From contig JALSGO010000083.1 of assembly GCA_026982655.1 (NCBI GenBank), positions 30-64,029 on the forward strand: DNA of 64,000 bases. The letters are read 5' to 3'. Each line of letters starts with the position of its first letter. The first letter of the stretch is position 1. The notes under the pieces are model-generated. The model was not told the DNA's origin. It did not search any database and worked only from the letters and a program-made list of their open reading frames with translations. Position numbers and translations under genes: made by a program. Shown one piece after another: positions 36,246 through 45,405 of this stretch. The stretch is from Candidatus Bipolaricaulota bacterium (lineage in GTDB: Bacteria; Bipolaricaulota; Bipolaricaulia; RBG-16-55-9).

Positions 36246-38663
36246 ATGGGGTGGCTGGACGGCCTGCTGCGCCATCGTGGGCTCGTGCTGGGGGCGGCTT
36301 TGCTGCTCACCGTTCCGGCGCTCCTGTCTCTCAGTCGATTGGAGTCCCAGGACACCTACGATGCTTGGTTCCCCCCGGACGACCCGGCGTATCGCTTCTA
36401 TCGGGAGTTCCAGCGGCGGTTTGAGAACGACATGTTCATCGTGGTGGCCTATCGAGACGAGACCCTCTTCACCCGGGAGGGGCTGGCGTTCCTCGCGGAG
36501 CTCACCGCCCGTCTTGCGGAGCTCCCCTACGTGCGGGAGGTGACCAGCCTCACGAACGTCGAGCACGTCCGGGGGGAAGAGCAGGCGCTCATCGTCGAAC
36601 CCCTCGTCCCCGATCCGGAGCGCCTCGATCCCGACGTCGTCCGGCAACGGGCCCTCTCGCGCCCCCTCTACCGCGGGCTGCTGATCTCCGAGGACGGGAC
36701 GACGACCGCGGTCGTCGCCGAACTCGACCGGATCGCCTCCATGGACGAGGAGGCCGCTCTGGTGGGGGCCCTCAAGGACCTCCTGCGCACGCTGGAGGTC
36801 CGAACGGGCAAGTCCTTCTACATCGGGGGCTATCCCGTCCTCGACGTCGAGATCATGCAGGCTTCCGAGCGGGATATCCGGACGTTCATCCCCTTGACCG
36901 TCGGGGCCATCTTCCTCGTATTGTGGGGGGTCTTCCGCCGACCGTCGCTGGCCGCCCTGGCGTTCGTGTCCGTCTCGCTGGCGCTGGCTTGGACCTTCGG
37001 GCTGTACGCCGGCCTGGGTCTTAAGTACAGCATGATGCTGAGCATCCTGCCCACGATCATCCTCGCCATCGGGATTGCGGATGCGGTACACATCTTGGTC
37101 CACTACTACGAGGAGCTCGCCCGGGGGCGGCCGCAGCGGGAGGCCCTCCGTCAGACCCTACGAAAGATGCTCCGCCCCTGTCTGTTCACGACGCTGACGA
37201 CCGGAGCCGGGTTCATCTCGTTCTTGAGCAGCGATATCCCCGTGGTGCGGCTGACGGGGCTCTTTGCCGCGGTGGGCATCGGGCTTGCGTTCGTGCTCAC
37301 GGTGCTCGTGCTGCCCGCAGCCGTCTCGTTTTTCCGCCCGCCGCACGGGACGGCCCGGCGACGGTCTCAGGGCACGTTCGCTCGGGCCTTGGAGGGGCTG
37401 ACCCGAACGACCCTGGCCCACCCGCGCGCCGTGCTCCTGGGGGCCGGGATCGTGCTCGTCTTCGGCCTGTACGGGATCTCCCGCTTGGAAGCCGAGACGC
37501 TGGGCCTGGAGTGGCTGCGCGACGACCACCCCCTCCAGCAGAGCTATCGCTTCATCGAGGAGAACCTCACCGGGCTGTACAACCTCGAGCTCATCGTCGA
37601 GGGCGAACGGGACGCGCTCCGCTCCCCCGAGATGCTCCGCCGGATCGAGGAACTCAGTGCGTTTGCGCTCCAACAGCCGGGCGTGCGCAAGGCGATCTCC
37701 GTGGTCGACTACGTCAAAGAGATCCACCGGGCGCTCCGCGGGGGAGATCCCCGGTACTACACGATCCCGGACACGGCCCGCGACGTCGCGCAGGCGTTGT
37801 TGCTCTACGAGTTCTCCGGGGGACGCGAGCTGCGCGAGATCGTAAGCGGCGACTACAGCGCCGGACGACTCACCCTGCTGCTGGATGCCCTCTCCAGCCG
37901 GGAGTACACCGAGCTCAACCGACGCATCCTCGAGCGCGCCGAGACGTTGGACTTCCCTCGGCCCGTGCAGGCAACCGGTGCAGTGGTCCTGGTCGAGGCG
38001 ATGCTCAAGAAGCTCACCCTCAGCCAGGTCCGGAGCTTGGGGTTGGCTTTGGCCCTGATCACCTTGCTTATGATCGCCCTGTTGCGCTCCTGGAAGTTGG
38101 GGCTGCTCAGCTTGATCCCCAACGGGCTGCCGATCCTGCTGATGTTTGCGACCATGGGCCTGCTCTCCATCCCCCTGGACGCGGCGACGTCCACGGTCGC
38201 GGGGATGGCTTTAGGGATCGCCGTGGACGACACGATCCACTTCTTGACCCGCTTCCGACGCGAACTGAACGTGACGGGCGACTATCGCCGGGCGCTCACG
38301 CAGACGGCCCGGACGGTCGGCCAGGCGATCGTGTTCACGTCCGTGATCCTGCTGGCCGGCTTCAGCGTGCTGTTGCTGGGCAGCTTCAAGGGAACGGTGT
38401 ATATGGGGTTGCTCGTCGGGCTCACGATGCTCTTCGCGCTCGTAGGGGATTTGGTGCTCCTACCCGCGCTGCTCTGGGTCCTCAAGCCCCTCCCTGTGTC
38501 CGCAGCTGCTTCGACCCCGGCTCCGGCTCCGATGGCGGACGATGGCCGATCAGCTTCCGACCAGAGGAGGTTGAGGGAGGTCATGGACGACGCCCCCCGG
38601 GTGCAGGGTACGCTTATGCGTGGCCGGGACGAGGAAACAGGAGCCCGCGAAGCCGGCAGGTGA
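36246..38663 (+). CDS. MMPL/RND-superfamily exporter 1 (HpnN-like architecture)
   Basis: Two 6-TM bundles, each preceded by a large loop, with SSD-like segments (GIADAVHILVHYYEE, GIAVDDTIHFLTRF). Confidence 0.85.
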   Translation: MGWLDGLLRHRGLVLGAALLLTVPALLSLSRLESQDTYDAWFPPDDPAYRFYREFQRRFENDMFIVVAYRDETLFTREGLAFLAELTARLAELPYVREVTSLTNVEHVRGEEQALIVEPLVPDPERLDPDVVRQRALSRPLYRGLLISEDGTTTAVVAELDRIASMDEEAALVGALKDLLRTLEVRTGKSFYIGGYPVLDVEIMQASERDIRTFIPLTVGAIFLVLWGVFRRPSLAALAFVSVSLALAWTFGLYAGLGLKYSMMLSILPTIILAIGIADAVHILVHYYEELARGRPQREALRQTLRKMLRPCLFTTLTTGAGFISFLSSDIPVVRLTGLFAAVGIGLAFVLTVLVLPAAVSFFRPPHGTARRRSQGTFARALEGLTRTTLAHPRAVLLGAGIVLVFGLYGISRLEAETLGLEWLRDDHPLQQSYRFIEENLTGLYNLELIVEGERDALRSPEMLRRIEELSAFALQQPGVRKAISVVDYVKEIHRALRGGDPRYYTIPDTARDVAQALLLYEFSGGRELREIVSGDYSAGRLTLLLDALSSREYTELNRRILERAETLDFPRPVQATGAVVLVEAMLKKLTLSQVRSLGLALALITLLMIALLRSWKLGLLSLIPNGLPILLMFATMGLLSIPLDAATSTVAGMALGIAVDDTIHFLTRFRRELNVTGDYRRALTQTARTVGQAIVFTSVILLAGFSVLLLGSFKGTVYMGLLVGLTMLFALVGDLVLLPALLWVLKPLPVSAAASTPAPAPMADDGRSASDQRRLREVMDDAPRVQGTLMRGRDEETGAREAGR

Positions 38664-38722
38664 GCGGCCTGCTCTGCCGGACGAAGCCATTCGGAAGCGA
38701 GAGGAAGGGAGGAAAGGAACTC

Positions 38723-39373
38723 ATGAACCCGCAGGAACGATGGAACGATGCTCTGACGCCGGAGAAGGAACCGACCGAGGGAGCTCTCTCGACGCCGCCC
38801 CCGGACGGCGCGTCCGAGGGGACCGGAGAGGGGCGGTCCCCTAAGGGGCGAACCGTGGGGATCGCCCTGATCCTCGCCGTGGTCGTGGGGATCGGCATCG
38901 GGTACTCGCTGTATTCCTTGCGGGCCGAGAGGGTGTCCGGGCTGGCGTCCACGGGGAGGGAGGTAGACCGGGGCCTCGGCGGCGGCATGCCGGCGATCGT
39001 GGTGGCCCCGCTGCTTAGGGATCTCGGGGAGGTGAGCGTCCAAGGGGGGACGGTGACCACCTTCTTCACCGTGCGCAATCCCGGGGACGGGGTGCTGGTC
39101 ATCACCGACATGGAGACTTCCTGTATGTGCACGGAGGTCGCTTTGATCGTGGACGGCGTGGAAGGCCCTCGACTCGGGATGCGCGGCCACGGTCCGCGGC
39201 CCGAGTGGTCGGCCCGGCTGAACCCGGGCGAGGAGGCGACCCTTAAGGTCTACTACGACCCCACGGTACACGAGGAGCTACGCGGACCGGTCACCCGCGT
39301 GGTGCGGGTTCACACGAACGTCCCCACCCGTCCCTACGTGGACATCTTGATCGATCTGGTGCAAACGGACTGA
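38723..39373 (+). CDS. DUF1573-domain protein (TM-anchored), copy a
   Basis: N-terminal anchor followed by LGEVSVQGGTVTTFFTVRNPGDGVLVITDMETSCMCT, which matches the DUF1573 SCGCT signature region. Confidence 0.7.
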   Translation: MNPQERWNDALTPEKEPTEGALSTPPPDGASEGTGEGRSPKGRTVGIALILAVVVGIGIGYSLYSLRAERVSGLASTGREVDRGLGGGMPAIVVAPLLRDLGEVSVQGGTVTTFFTVRNPGDGVLVITDMETSCMCTEVALIVDGVEGPRLGMRGHGPRPEWSARLNPGEEATLKVYYDPTVHEELRGPVTRVVRVHTNVPTRPYVDILIDLVQTD

Positions 39374-39424
39374 CTCCCGTGGGCAGACCGAAGGCTACAC
39401 GACAATCGGGGAGGGAATGCCAAG

Positions 39425-40000
39425 GTGATGAACGGGGAATCGAGGGACAAGGACCAAGGTCAGAATACGGAGATGCACGCGATCCGCCGCCGGGCGGCCT
39501 TCTTGAGCCGAGGCGGAGTGAGCCTGCCCCTCCTGATCATCGGGGTCCTCCTGGCCCTGGGGACGACTGCGGGCCTGGGGTATTTGCGTCTGGCGGGCCC
39601 ACCGGCGGCAGGCCCTCCGCGCATCGAGGTCACGCCGGAGCTCATCGAGTTCGGAGAGATCTCCCCCACCGAGAAGGCGGTCGTGGAGTACCGTGTGCGA
39701 AACGCCGGGGGAAGCCCGTTGGAGATCACCCGCGTGAGCACCTCGTGTGGGTGCACCACCGCCGAGGTCGGCAAGACGACGCTCCTCCCCGGCGAGACGA
39801 CTCCGTTGCGCGTCACCTTCGACCCCCAAGCGATGCGGGCCGAAGGGCTCAACGAGGAGGACATCTACCGGATCATCTTCCTAAGGAGCAACGACCCCGA
39901 GCGGCCGGAGGTTACCGTCGAGCTTCGCGGTCGCGTCCTGCCGTCGGACTCGGACTCGAACTCGAACTCGGAGCCGGAGTCTGCCGTCGAGGGGAGGTAA
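39425..40000 (+). CDS. DUF1573-domain protein (TM-anchored), copy b
   Basis: FGEISPTEKAVVEYRVRNAGGSPLEITRVSTSCGCTTA, with a Ser/Asp/Asn-rich tail. GGGGAGGGA RBS. Confidence 0.75.
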   Translation: MMNGESRDKDQGQNTEMHAIRRRAAFLSRGGVSLPLLIIGVLLALGTTAGLGYLRLAGPPAAGPPRIEVTPELIEFGEISPTEKAVVEYRVRNAGGSPLEITRVSTSCGCTTAEVGKTTLLPGETTPLRVTFDPQAMRAEGLNEEDIYRIIFLRSNDPERPEVTVELRGRVLPSDSDSNSNSEPESAVEGR

Positions 40001-40015
40001 CCGAAGCGCTCGGTT

Positions 40016-40040
40016 GGGGCCGGGCACGGGGGACGGCCCC
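40016..40040 (+). terminator. GC hairpin after the DUF1573 pair (GGGGCCG-N11-CGGCCCC), no U-tail
   Basis: 7-bp stem located 16 nt after the stop. It could be an attenuator or terminator. Confidence 0.3.
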
Positions 40041-40045
40041 CTAAT

Positions 40046-40065
40046 CCCACCCCAGGAGGGAAGGG
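40046..40065. promoter_or_regulatory. degenerate CsoR-type site: CCCACCCC-AGGA-GGGAAGGG
   Basis: The left half is perfect and the right half matches 6 of 8, with the same 8-N4-8 spacing. Located 34 nt upstream of copA2. Confidence 0.35.
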
Positions 40066-40098
40066 AAAGGGGAAGCTTCCTGAAGGAAGAAGAAGCCC

Positions 40099-42771
40099 AT
40101 GGCCAAGGTCAAAGACCCCGTCTGCGGGATGGAGATCGACGAGGAAGAGGCCGTCGCCTCCCACGTCTACGAGGGGCAGACGTACTCCTTCTGCTCCAAG
40201 GACTGCGAGAAGGAGTTCGTCGAGAAGCCCGAGTTTTATGTCAAGCCGGAGCCCGCCCGCTCGGCGACCACGGGCGTGGACGTCGAGAGCACGGAGCCGG
40301 TGCACGCCGAGCTCCCCCTGGCGGGCTTGGACTGCACCAGCTGCGTGGTGACCGTCGAGCGCACCCTGCGGGAGGTCCCCGGCGTGGAGAGGGCCCACGT
40401 CAACTTCTCGCTGGGGATCGCGCACGTCACCTACGATCCCAAGGAGGCGAGCGTCGAGGACGCCGTCCAGGCGCTCAAGAAGGCGGGCTACGACGTGGGG
40501 GCCGCCGAGATGCGGGTGCGCATCGAGGGGCTTCGCTGCGCCTCCTGTGTGGGCTTCATCGAGGAGGCCCTGCGGAAGGTCCCCGGCGTCTTGGAGGCCA
40601 CGGTGAGCCCCGGAACGGAGACGGCGGTCATCCGCTACGTCCCCGGGATGGTGAGTTTTCCGGCGATCAAGGAAGCGATCGAATCTACGGGCTACAAAAC
40701 GGTCCACCGCCTGGAGGAGGAGGAGCCGCCCGATCAGGAGGCCGCCGCCCGCGAGCGGGAGTACCGCCTGCTCATGCGCCGCTTCCTCTTCGCCGCCGTC
40801 GTCTCCGTCCCGGTGCTCCTTACGGCCTATCCCGAGTTCGTGCCCTTCTTGAGGGATCTTCCCCGGAGCACGATCCGGCTCATCTGGGCCTTCGACGCGC
40901 TGCTGACGCTGCCCGTGTTGTTGTGGTCGGGTCAGCGCTTCTTCACGGGCGCTTGGGCGGCGTTCAAGCACCACAGCGCGGACATGAACACGCTGATCGC
41001 GCTGGGCACCGGCGCGGCGTGGGCCTATTCGACGGTCGCGATCGCCTTCCCTCAAGTGTTCCCCGAGGGGACGGCGGAGCCCTTCTTCGACGTGGCCGCC
41101 GTGGTCATCGCCTTGGTCGTGTTGGGCCAAGCGCTCGAGGTCCGGGCCAAGGGGCGCACCAGCGCGGCGATCAAAAAGCTTCTCGACTTACAAGCCAAGA
41201 CGGCCCGCGTGGTGCGCGACGGGCAGGAGATGGACATCCCCGTGGAAGAGGTGCTCGTGGGCGACGTGGTGGTGGTCCGCCCCGGCGAGAAGGTGCCTGT
41301 AGACGGCGTGGTGATCGAGGGCTCCTCCGCGGTGGACGAGTCGATGATCACCGGGGAGCCGATCCCCGTGGAAAAAAATCCCGGGGATGAGGTGATCGGC
41401 GGGACGATCAACAAGACGGGGTCCTTCAAGTTCCGGGCGACCAAGGTGGGCAAGGAGACGGCGCTGGCGCAGATCGTCCAGCTCGTACAACAAGCCCAAA
41501 GCACCAAGCCCCCGATCGCCCGGCTGGTGGATGTGGTGAGCGGCTACTTCGTGCCCGCGGTGATGATCATCGCGGTGCTGGCGTTCTTGGTATGGTTTAA
41601 TTTCGGGCCGGAGCCGCGGCTGACCTTCGCCCTGGTGACCGCGGTGACCACGCTGATCATCGCCTGCCCCTGCGCGCTGGGGCTGGCCACCCCCATGAGC
41701 ATCATGGTCGGGGTGGGCAAGGCCGCCGAACACGGGATTCTCATTCGCAACGGCGAGGCCCTCCAAAAGGCCTCGAAGCTGGACACGATCGTGCTCGACA
41801 AGACGGGCACGGTCACCAAGGGGAAGCCCGAGCTGACCGACGTGATCGCCGCTGAGGGCTTTACAGAAGACGAGGTGCTCCGCCTGGCGGCCAGCGCGGA
41901 GCGGGCCAGCGAACACCCCTTGGCCGAGGCGATCGTCCAGGGCGCCCAGGCGCGCGGACTGGAGCTTGCGGACCCCGAGACGTTCAACGCCGTCCCCGGC
42001 CACGGGATCGAAGCCACGCTCGACGGCAAGAGAGTGCTCCTGGGCAACGTAAAACTCATGAAGCGCGAGGGCATCGACGTCGGCGGCCTCCGCGAGGCGG
42101 CGGAGCGCCTCTCCGACGAGGGCAAGACCCCGATGTACATGGCCGTCGACGGCCAAGCCGCGGGGCTGATCGCCGTGGCCGACACGATCAAGGAAGACTC
42201 CGTCGCGGCCATTCGGACGCTCCAGGAGCTGGGGCTGGAGGTCGTCATGCTCACCGGGGACAACCGCCGCACCGCCGAGGCGATCGCCCGCCAGGTCCAC
42301 ATCGACCGGGTCCTGGCCGAAGTGCTCCCGGAGCAGAAGGCGGCAGAGGTGAAGAAGCTGCAGCTCGAGGGCCGCAGGGTCGGCATGGTCGGCGACGGGA
42401 TCAACGACGCGCCCGCCCTGGCCCAGGCCGACGTGGGCTTCGCCATCGGGACGGGGACGGACGTGGCCATTGAAGCTGCGGACATCACGCTCGTGGGCGG
42501 AAGCCTCCGCGGGGTGGTCACCGCCATCGAGATCTCCAAGGCCACCATGCGCAACATCAAGCAAAATCTCGTGGGAGCCTTCATCTACAACACGCTGGGC
42601 ATCCCGGTGGCCGCGGGGGTCTTCTATCCCCTCACGGGGATGCTGCTGAGCCCCCTCATCGCGGGGGCGGCGATGGCGTTTAGCAGCGTGACCGTGGTGA
42701 CGAACGCCAACCGCCTGCGGCGGTTCCGGCCCCGGATCGTCTCCGACTTCGAGGAAGGAGGTACGACATGA
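40099..42771 (+). CDS. heavy-metal (copper) P1B-type ATPase with N-terminal YHS/TRASH domain plus two HMA-like domains
   Basis: [13 protein letters not shown]...[12 protein letters not shown] (YHS), LDCTSC and LRCASC HMA motifs, CPC, DKTGTVT and GDGINDAP. Confidence 0.93.
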   Translation: MAKVKDPVCGMEIDEEEAVASHVYEGQTYSFCSKDCEKEFVEKPEFYVKPEPARSATTGVDVESTEPVHAELPLAGLDCTSCVVTVERTLREVPGVERAHVNFSLGIAHVTYDPKEASVEDAVQALKKAGYDVGAAEMRVRIEGLRCASCVGFIEEALRKVPGVLEATVSPGTETAVIRYVPGMVSFPAIKEAIESTGYKTVHRLEEEEPPDQEAAAREREYRLLMRRFLFAAVVSVPVLLTAYPEFVPFLRDLPRSTIRLIWAFDALLTLPVLLWSGQRFFTGAWAAFKHHSADMNTLIALGTGAAWAYSTVAIAFPQVFPEGTAEPFFDVAAVVIALVVLGQALEVRAKGRTSAAIKKLLDLQAKTARVVRDGQEMDIPVEEVLVGDVVVVRPGEKVPVDGVVIEGSSAVDESMITGEPIPVEKNPGDEVIGGTINKTGSFKFRATKVGKETALAQIVQLVQQAQSTKPPIARLVDVVSGYFVPAVMIIAVLAFLVWFNFGPEPRLTFALVTAVTTLIIACPCALGLATPMSIMVGVGKAAEHGILIRNGEALQKASKLDTIVLDKTGTVTKGKPELTDVIAAEGFTEDEVLRLAASAERASEHPLAEAIVQGAQARGLELADPETFNAVPGHGIEATLDGKRVLLGNVKLMKREGIDVGGLREAAERLSDEGKTPMYMAVDGQAAGLIAVADTIKEDSVAAIRTLQELGLEVVMLTGDNRRTAEAIARQVHIDRVLAEVLPEQKAAEVKKLQLEGRRVGMVGDGINDAPALAQADVGFAIGTGTDVAIEAADITLVGGSLRGVVTAIEISKATMRNIKQNLVGAFIYNTLGIPVAAGVFYPLTGMLLSPLIAGAAMAFSSVTVVTNANRLRRFRPRIVSDFEEGGTT

Positions 42772-43142
42772 TCGCGCAAATCGTGGTGAACGTCTTGGGG
42801 CTGCTCGCGATCGTCTGGATCGTCTGGTACTTCTGGATCTACGAGAAGAAGGGCGTCGTGGCCGCGGAGGCGGGCGGCGCTCAAGAAGTTCGCATTCGGG
42901 TCAAGGGGGGCTACGACCCCGACGTCATCGTCGTCCAGGCCGGAAAGCCCGTGAAACTCCACTTCTACCGCGAGGAGGAGGCGTCGTGCAGCGAGACGGT
43001 CGTCTTCCCGGACTTCGCCCAGTCGCTGAAGCTTCCGCCCTTTGAGACCGTCACCCTGGAGCTTCTGCCGGAGAAGCCGGGGGAGTACGAGTTCCACTGC
43101 CAGATGAACATGCTGCGGGGCAAGCTCATCGTGGAGGAGTGA
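42768..43142 (+). CDS. cupredoxin-fold (Cupredoxin_1-like) membrane-anchored protein 1
   Basis: TM anchor and C-terminal [19 protein letters not shown]. The ATG overlaps the copA2 stop (ATGA). Confidence 0.75.
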   Translation: MIAQIVVNVLGLLAIVWIVWYFWIYEKKGVVAAEAGGAQEVRIRVKGGYDPDVIVVQAGKPVKLHFYREEEASCSETVVFPDFAQSLKLPPFETVTLELLPEKPGEYEFHCQMNMLRGKLIVEE

Positions 43143-43190
43143 GCCCTACGTGCGATCCACCTCCACAGAGAACGAAAGGATCGAAAGGGC

Positions 43191-44582
43191 ATGGGCGTAG
43201 ACTTGACGTTCCTCGGCGCCGCCGGGACGGTCACGGGCTCCAAGTATTGGCTCTCGGCGGGCGGCAAAAACTATCTCATCGACTGCGGGCTCTTCCAGGG
43301 ACCGGACGAGCTGGAGCAGCTCAACTGGGAACAGCTTCCCATCGCCCCCGCGGAGCTGGACGCCGTGGTGCTGACCCACGGGCACCTCGACCACTCGGGG
43401 TACCTCCCGCGGCTTGCGAAGAGGGGCTACTCCGGGCCGGTCTACGCCTCGGAGGCCACCTGCGCGCTGCTCGAGCTGCTTTTGCCCGACTCGGGATACC
43501 TGCAGGAGGAGCACGCGGGCTACGCCAACCGCAAGGGCTACTCCCGCCACAAGCCCGCGCTTCCGCTGTACACCTACGACCAAGCGCTCGAGTCCCTAAA
43601 GCTCTTACGGCCCGTGAAGCTCGCGGAGCCCTTCGCCGTAGACAAACACCTCACGGTCACGATGCGCCCGGCGGGCCACATCCTGGGCTCCGCGATCGTA
43701 GAGTGCGAGCTTGATAATAAAAAGATCGTCTTCTCCGGGGACCTGGGCCGCTACGATCAGGAAGTGATGAAATCCCCAGCGACGGTGACGCGGGCCGACT
43801 ATCTGCTGGTCGAGTCGACGTACGGCGATCGGGAGCACGGCGAGGACCCCATCGAAGATCAGCTGGCCCCCGTGGTGAACGCCGCTGTCGAGCGCGGCGG
43901 GGCGCTTCTCATCCCGAGCTTCGCCGTGGGCCGCACCCAGCACGTCCTCTACTACCTGCGAAAGCTCCAAGACCAAAAGCGCATCCCCGAGGTGCCCATC
44001 TACGTGGACAGCCCGATGGCCATCGACGCGACGGCGATCTACTGCCGCTTCGGAGATGAGCTCAACCTCAACGTCAACCTGCTGATGGACGACGAAGCCT
44101 GCCCGCTGCGCTGCCGCGACACGCGCTTTACGCGGACGGTCCCCGAGTCGAAGCGGCTCAACGACGCGCCGGGGCCTCTTGTGATCCTCTCCGCGAGCGG
44201 GATGTGCACCGGCGGTCGGATCCTCCACCACCTGAAGCACCGCCTGCCCGACCCCAAGAACACCGTGCTCTTCGTGGGCTACCAGGCCCAAGGCACCCGG
44301 GGCCGCAGGCTCCTCGAGGGAGCCGACGAGATCAGAATTCACGGGATGACCGTCCCGGTGCGGGCGGAGATCGCCCAGATCGACGGCCTCTCCGCCCACG
44401 GAGACGCCCGGGAGCTGATGCGCTGGCTCTCCGGGTTCGAGCGGCCTCCCGAACAGACGTTCCTCGTCCACGGGGAGCCGCACGCCTCCCAAGCGCTGGA
44501 GGAGCGCATTCGGAAGGAGCTGGGCTGGGCGACCCACCGGCCCCGCTACGGCGAGACCGTCTCCTTGGAGGGCAGGGGATGA
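43191..44582 (+). CDS. MBL-fold beta-CASP family hydrolase (RNA-metabolising metallo-beta-lactamase)
   Basis: FLGAAGTVTGSKY, LTHGHLDHSG, and beta-CASP motifs through to SAHGD. Confidence 0.88.
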   Translation: MGVDLTFLGAAGTVTGSKYWLSAGGKNYLIDCGLFQGPDELEQLNWEQLPIAPAELDAVVLTHGHLDHSGYLPRLAKRGYSGPVYASEATCALLELLLPDSGYLQEEHAGYANRKGYSRHKPALPLYTYDQALESLKLLRPVKLAEPFAVDKHLTVTMRPAGHILGSAIVECELDNKKIVFSGDLGRYDQEVMKSPATVTRADYLLVESTYGDREHGEDPIEDQLAPVVNAAVERGGALLIPSFAVGRTQHVLYYLRKLQDQKRIPEVPIYVDSPMAIDATAIYCRFGDELNLNVNLLMDDEACPLRCRDTRFTRTVPESKRLNDAPGPLVILSASGMCTGGRILHHLKHRLPDPKNTVLFVGYQAQGTRGRRLLEGADEIRIHGMTVPVRAEIAQIDGLSAHGDARELMRWLSGFERPPEQTFLVHGEPHASQALEERIRKELGWATHRPRYGETVSLEGRG

Positions 44583-45304
44583 TCCGCTACGCGCTCTTCG
44601 ACTTGGACGACACGCTCTATCCCCCGGCGGCGGGGCTCATGGAGGCCCTCAGCCGCCGCTTTACGCAGTGCATCGCCGAGGAGCTGGGCATCTCCCTCGA
44701 ACAAGCCGAGGCCCTGCGGCGCGAGTACGGCAAGCGCTACGGCTCGACCACGCGGGGGCTCGCCCTGCATCACCACGTGGACATCGGGGGATTTTTGGCC
44801 AAGGTCCACGACCTGCCCATCGAGGAGTATCTGCAGCCCGACCCCGAGCTGGGGTGTTTGTTGGACTGCATCGACGCGCAGAGGTGCATCTTCACCAACG
44901 CGCCGGAGGCCTACGCCCGGCGGGTGTTAGACGTCCTGGGCGTCGCGGATCGCTTCTGTCGGGTCTTCGCGGTCGAGTTCTCGGGTTATAGGGGCAAGCC
45001 CGACCCCCTCGTCTACGAGCGGGTGGTCGCCGAGCTGGGCGCTTCCGACCCGGAGATCGTGATGCTCGACGACGTGCGGGCCAACCTCCTCCCCGCCGCG
45101 CAGAGGGGCTGGACGACCGTCTGGGTCAACGGGCGGGGGAAGCCCGCCGACCCTCAAGACCTCGACGGGATCTCCTATGCGGTGGGCGACCTCTGGGAGG
45201 TGGCCCGCGTCTTCCGCGAGATCGGGCTCCTCGACGAGGCCCACCACGAGGAGTGGAACCGCTGCCTCCTCCGGTGCCCGCTGGGCCGGAGACGGGCTGG
45301 GTGA
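44579..45304 (+). CDS. HAD-superfamily hydrolase (pyrimidine 5'-nucleotidase-like)
   Basis: FDLDDTLY motif I, TNAP motif II and a late LDD motif. The ATG overlaps the upstream stop (ATGA). Confidence 0.8.
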   Translation: MIRYALFDLDDTLYPPAAGLMEALSRRFTQCIAEELGISLEQAEALRREYGKRYGSTTRGLALHHHVDIGGFLAKVHDLPIEEYLQPDPELGCLLDCIDAQRCIFTNAPEAYARRVLDVLGVADRFCRVFAVEFSGYRGKPDPLVYERVVAELGASDPEIVMLDDVRANLLPAAQRGWTTVWVNGRGKPADPQDLDGISYAVGDLWEVARVFREIGLLDEAHHEEWNRCLLRCPLGRRRAG

Positions 45305-45329
45305 CCTTGCTGGACGTCTTCCGGGGGGA

Positions 45330-45374
45330 ACATGACGCAGATCATTGATCCCACCCCACGGGGGGTGGGATAAT
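45330..45374 (+). promoter_or_regulatory. 45-nt promoter/operator module, copy 1: ATGAC-N4-ATCAT, TTGATC(-35), CsoR-type operator 2 (45350..45369) and GATAAT(-10)
   Basis: CCCACCCC-ACGG-GGGGTGGG fills the 18-nt spacer. The module is colinear with 48290..48334. Confidence 0.65.
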
Positions 45375-45405
45375 GGCGGGCGAAAGGCGGGCGAAGGAGG
45401 GACGC

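Noticed and set aside
36236-36255. CCCCCATGGGGTGG at the csoR/MMPL1 junction, considered as a possible fifth CsoR-type site.
   Set aside because: Only the right half (GGGGTGGC) fits. The left half, at the correct spacing, is TAGTTCCC (3 of 8). The ATG of MMPL1 sits in the centre, so the sequence is probably just coding and RBS context.
45373-45405. ATG 45373 as the start of cytochrome b-1 (the longest ORF).
   Set aside because: This ATG lies inside the predicted GATAAT -10 box. ATG 45406 has a GAAGGAGGG RBS and gives a normal cytochrome b N-terminus.
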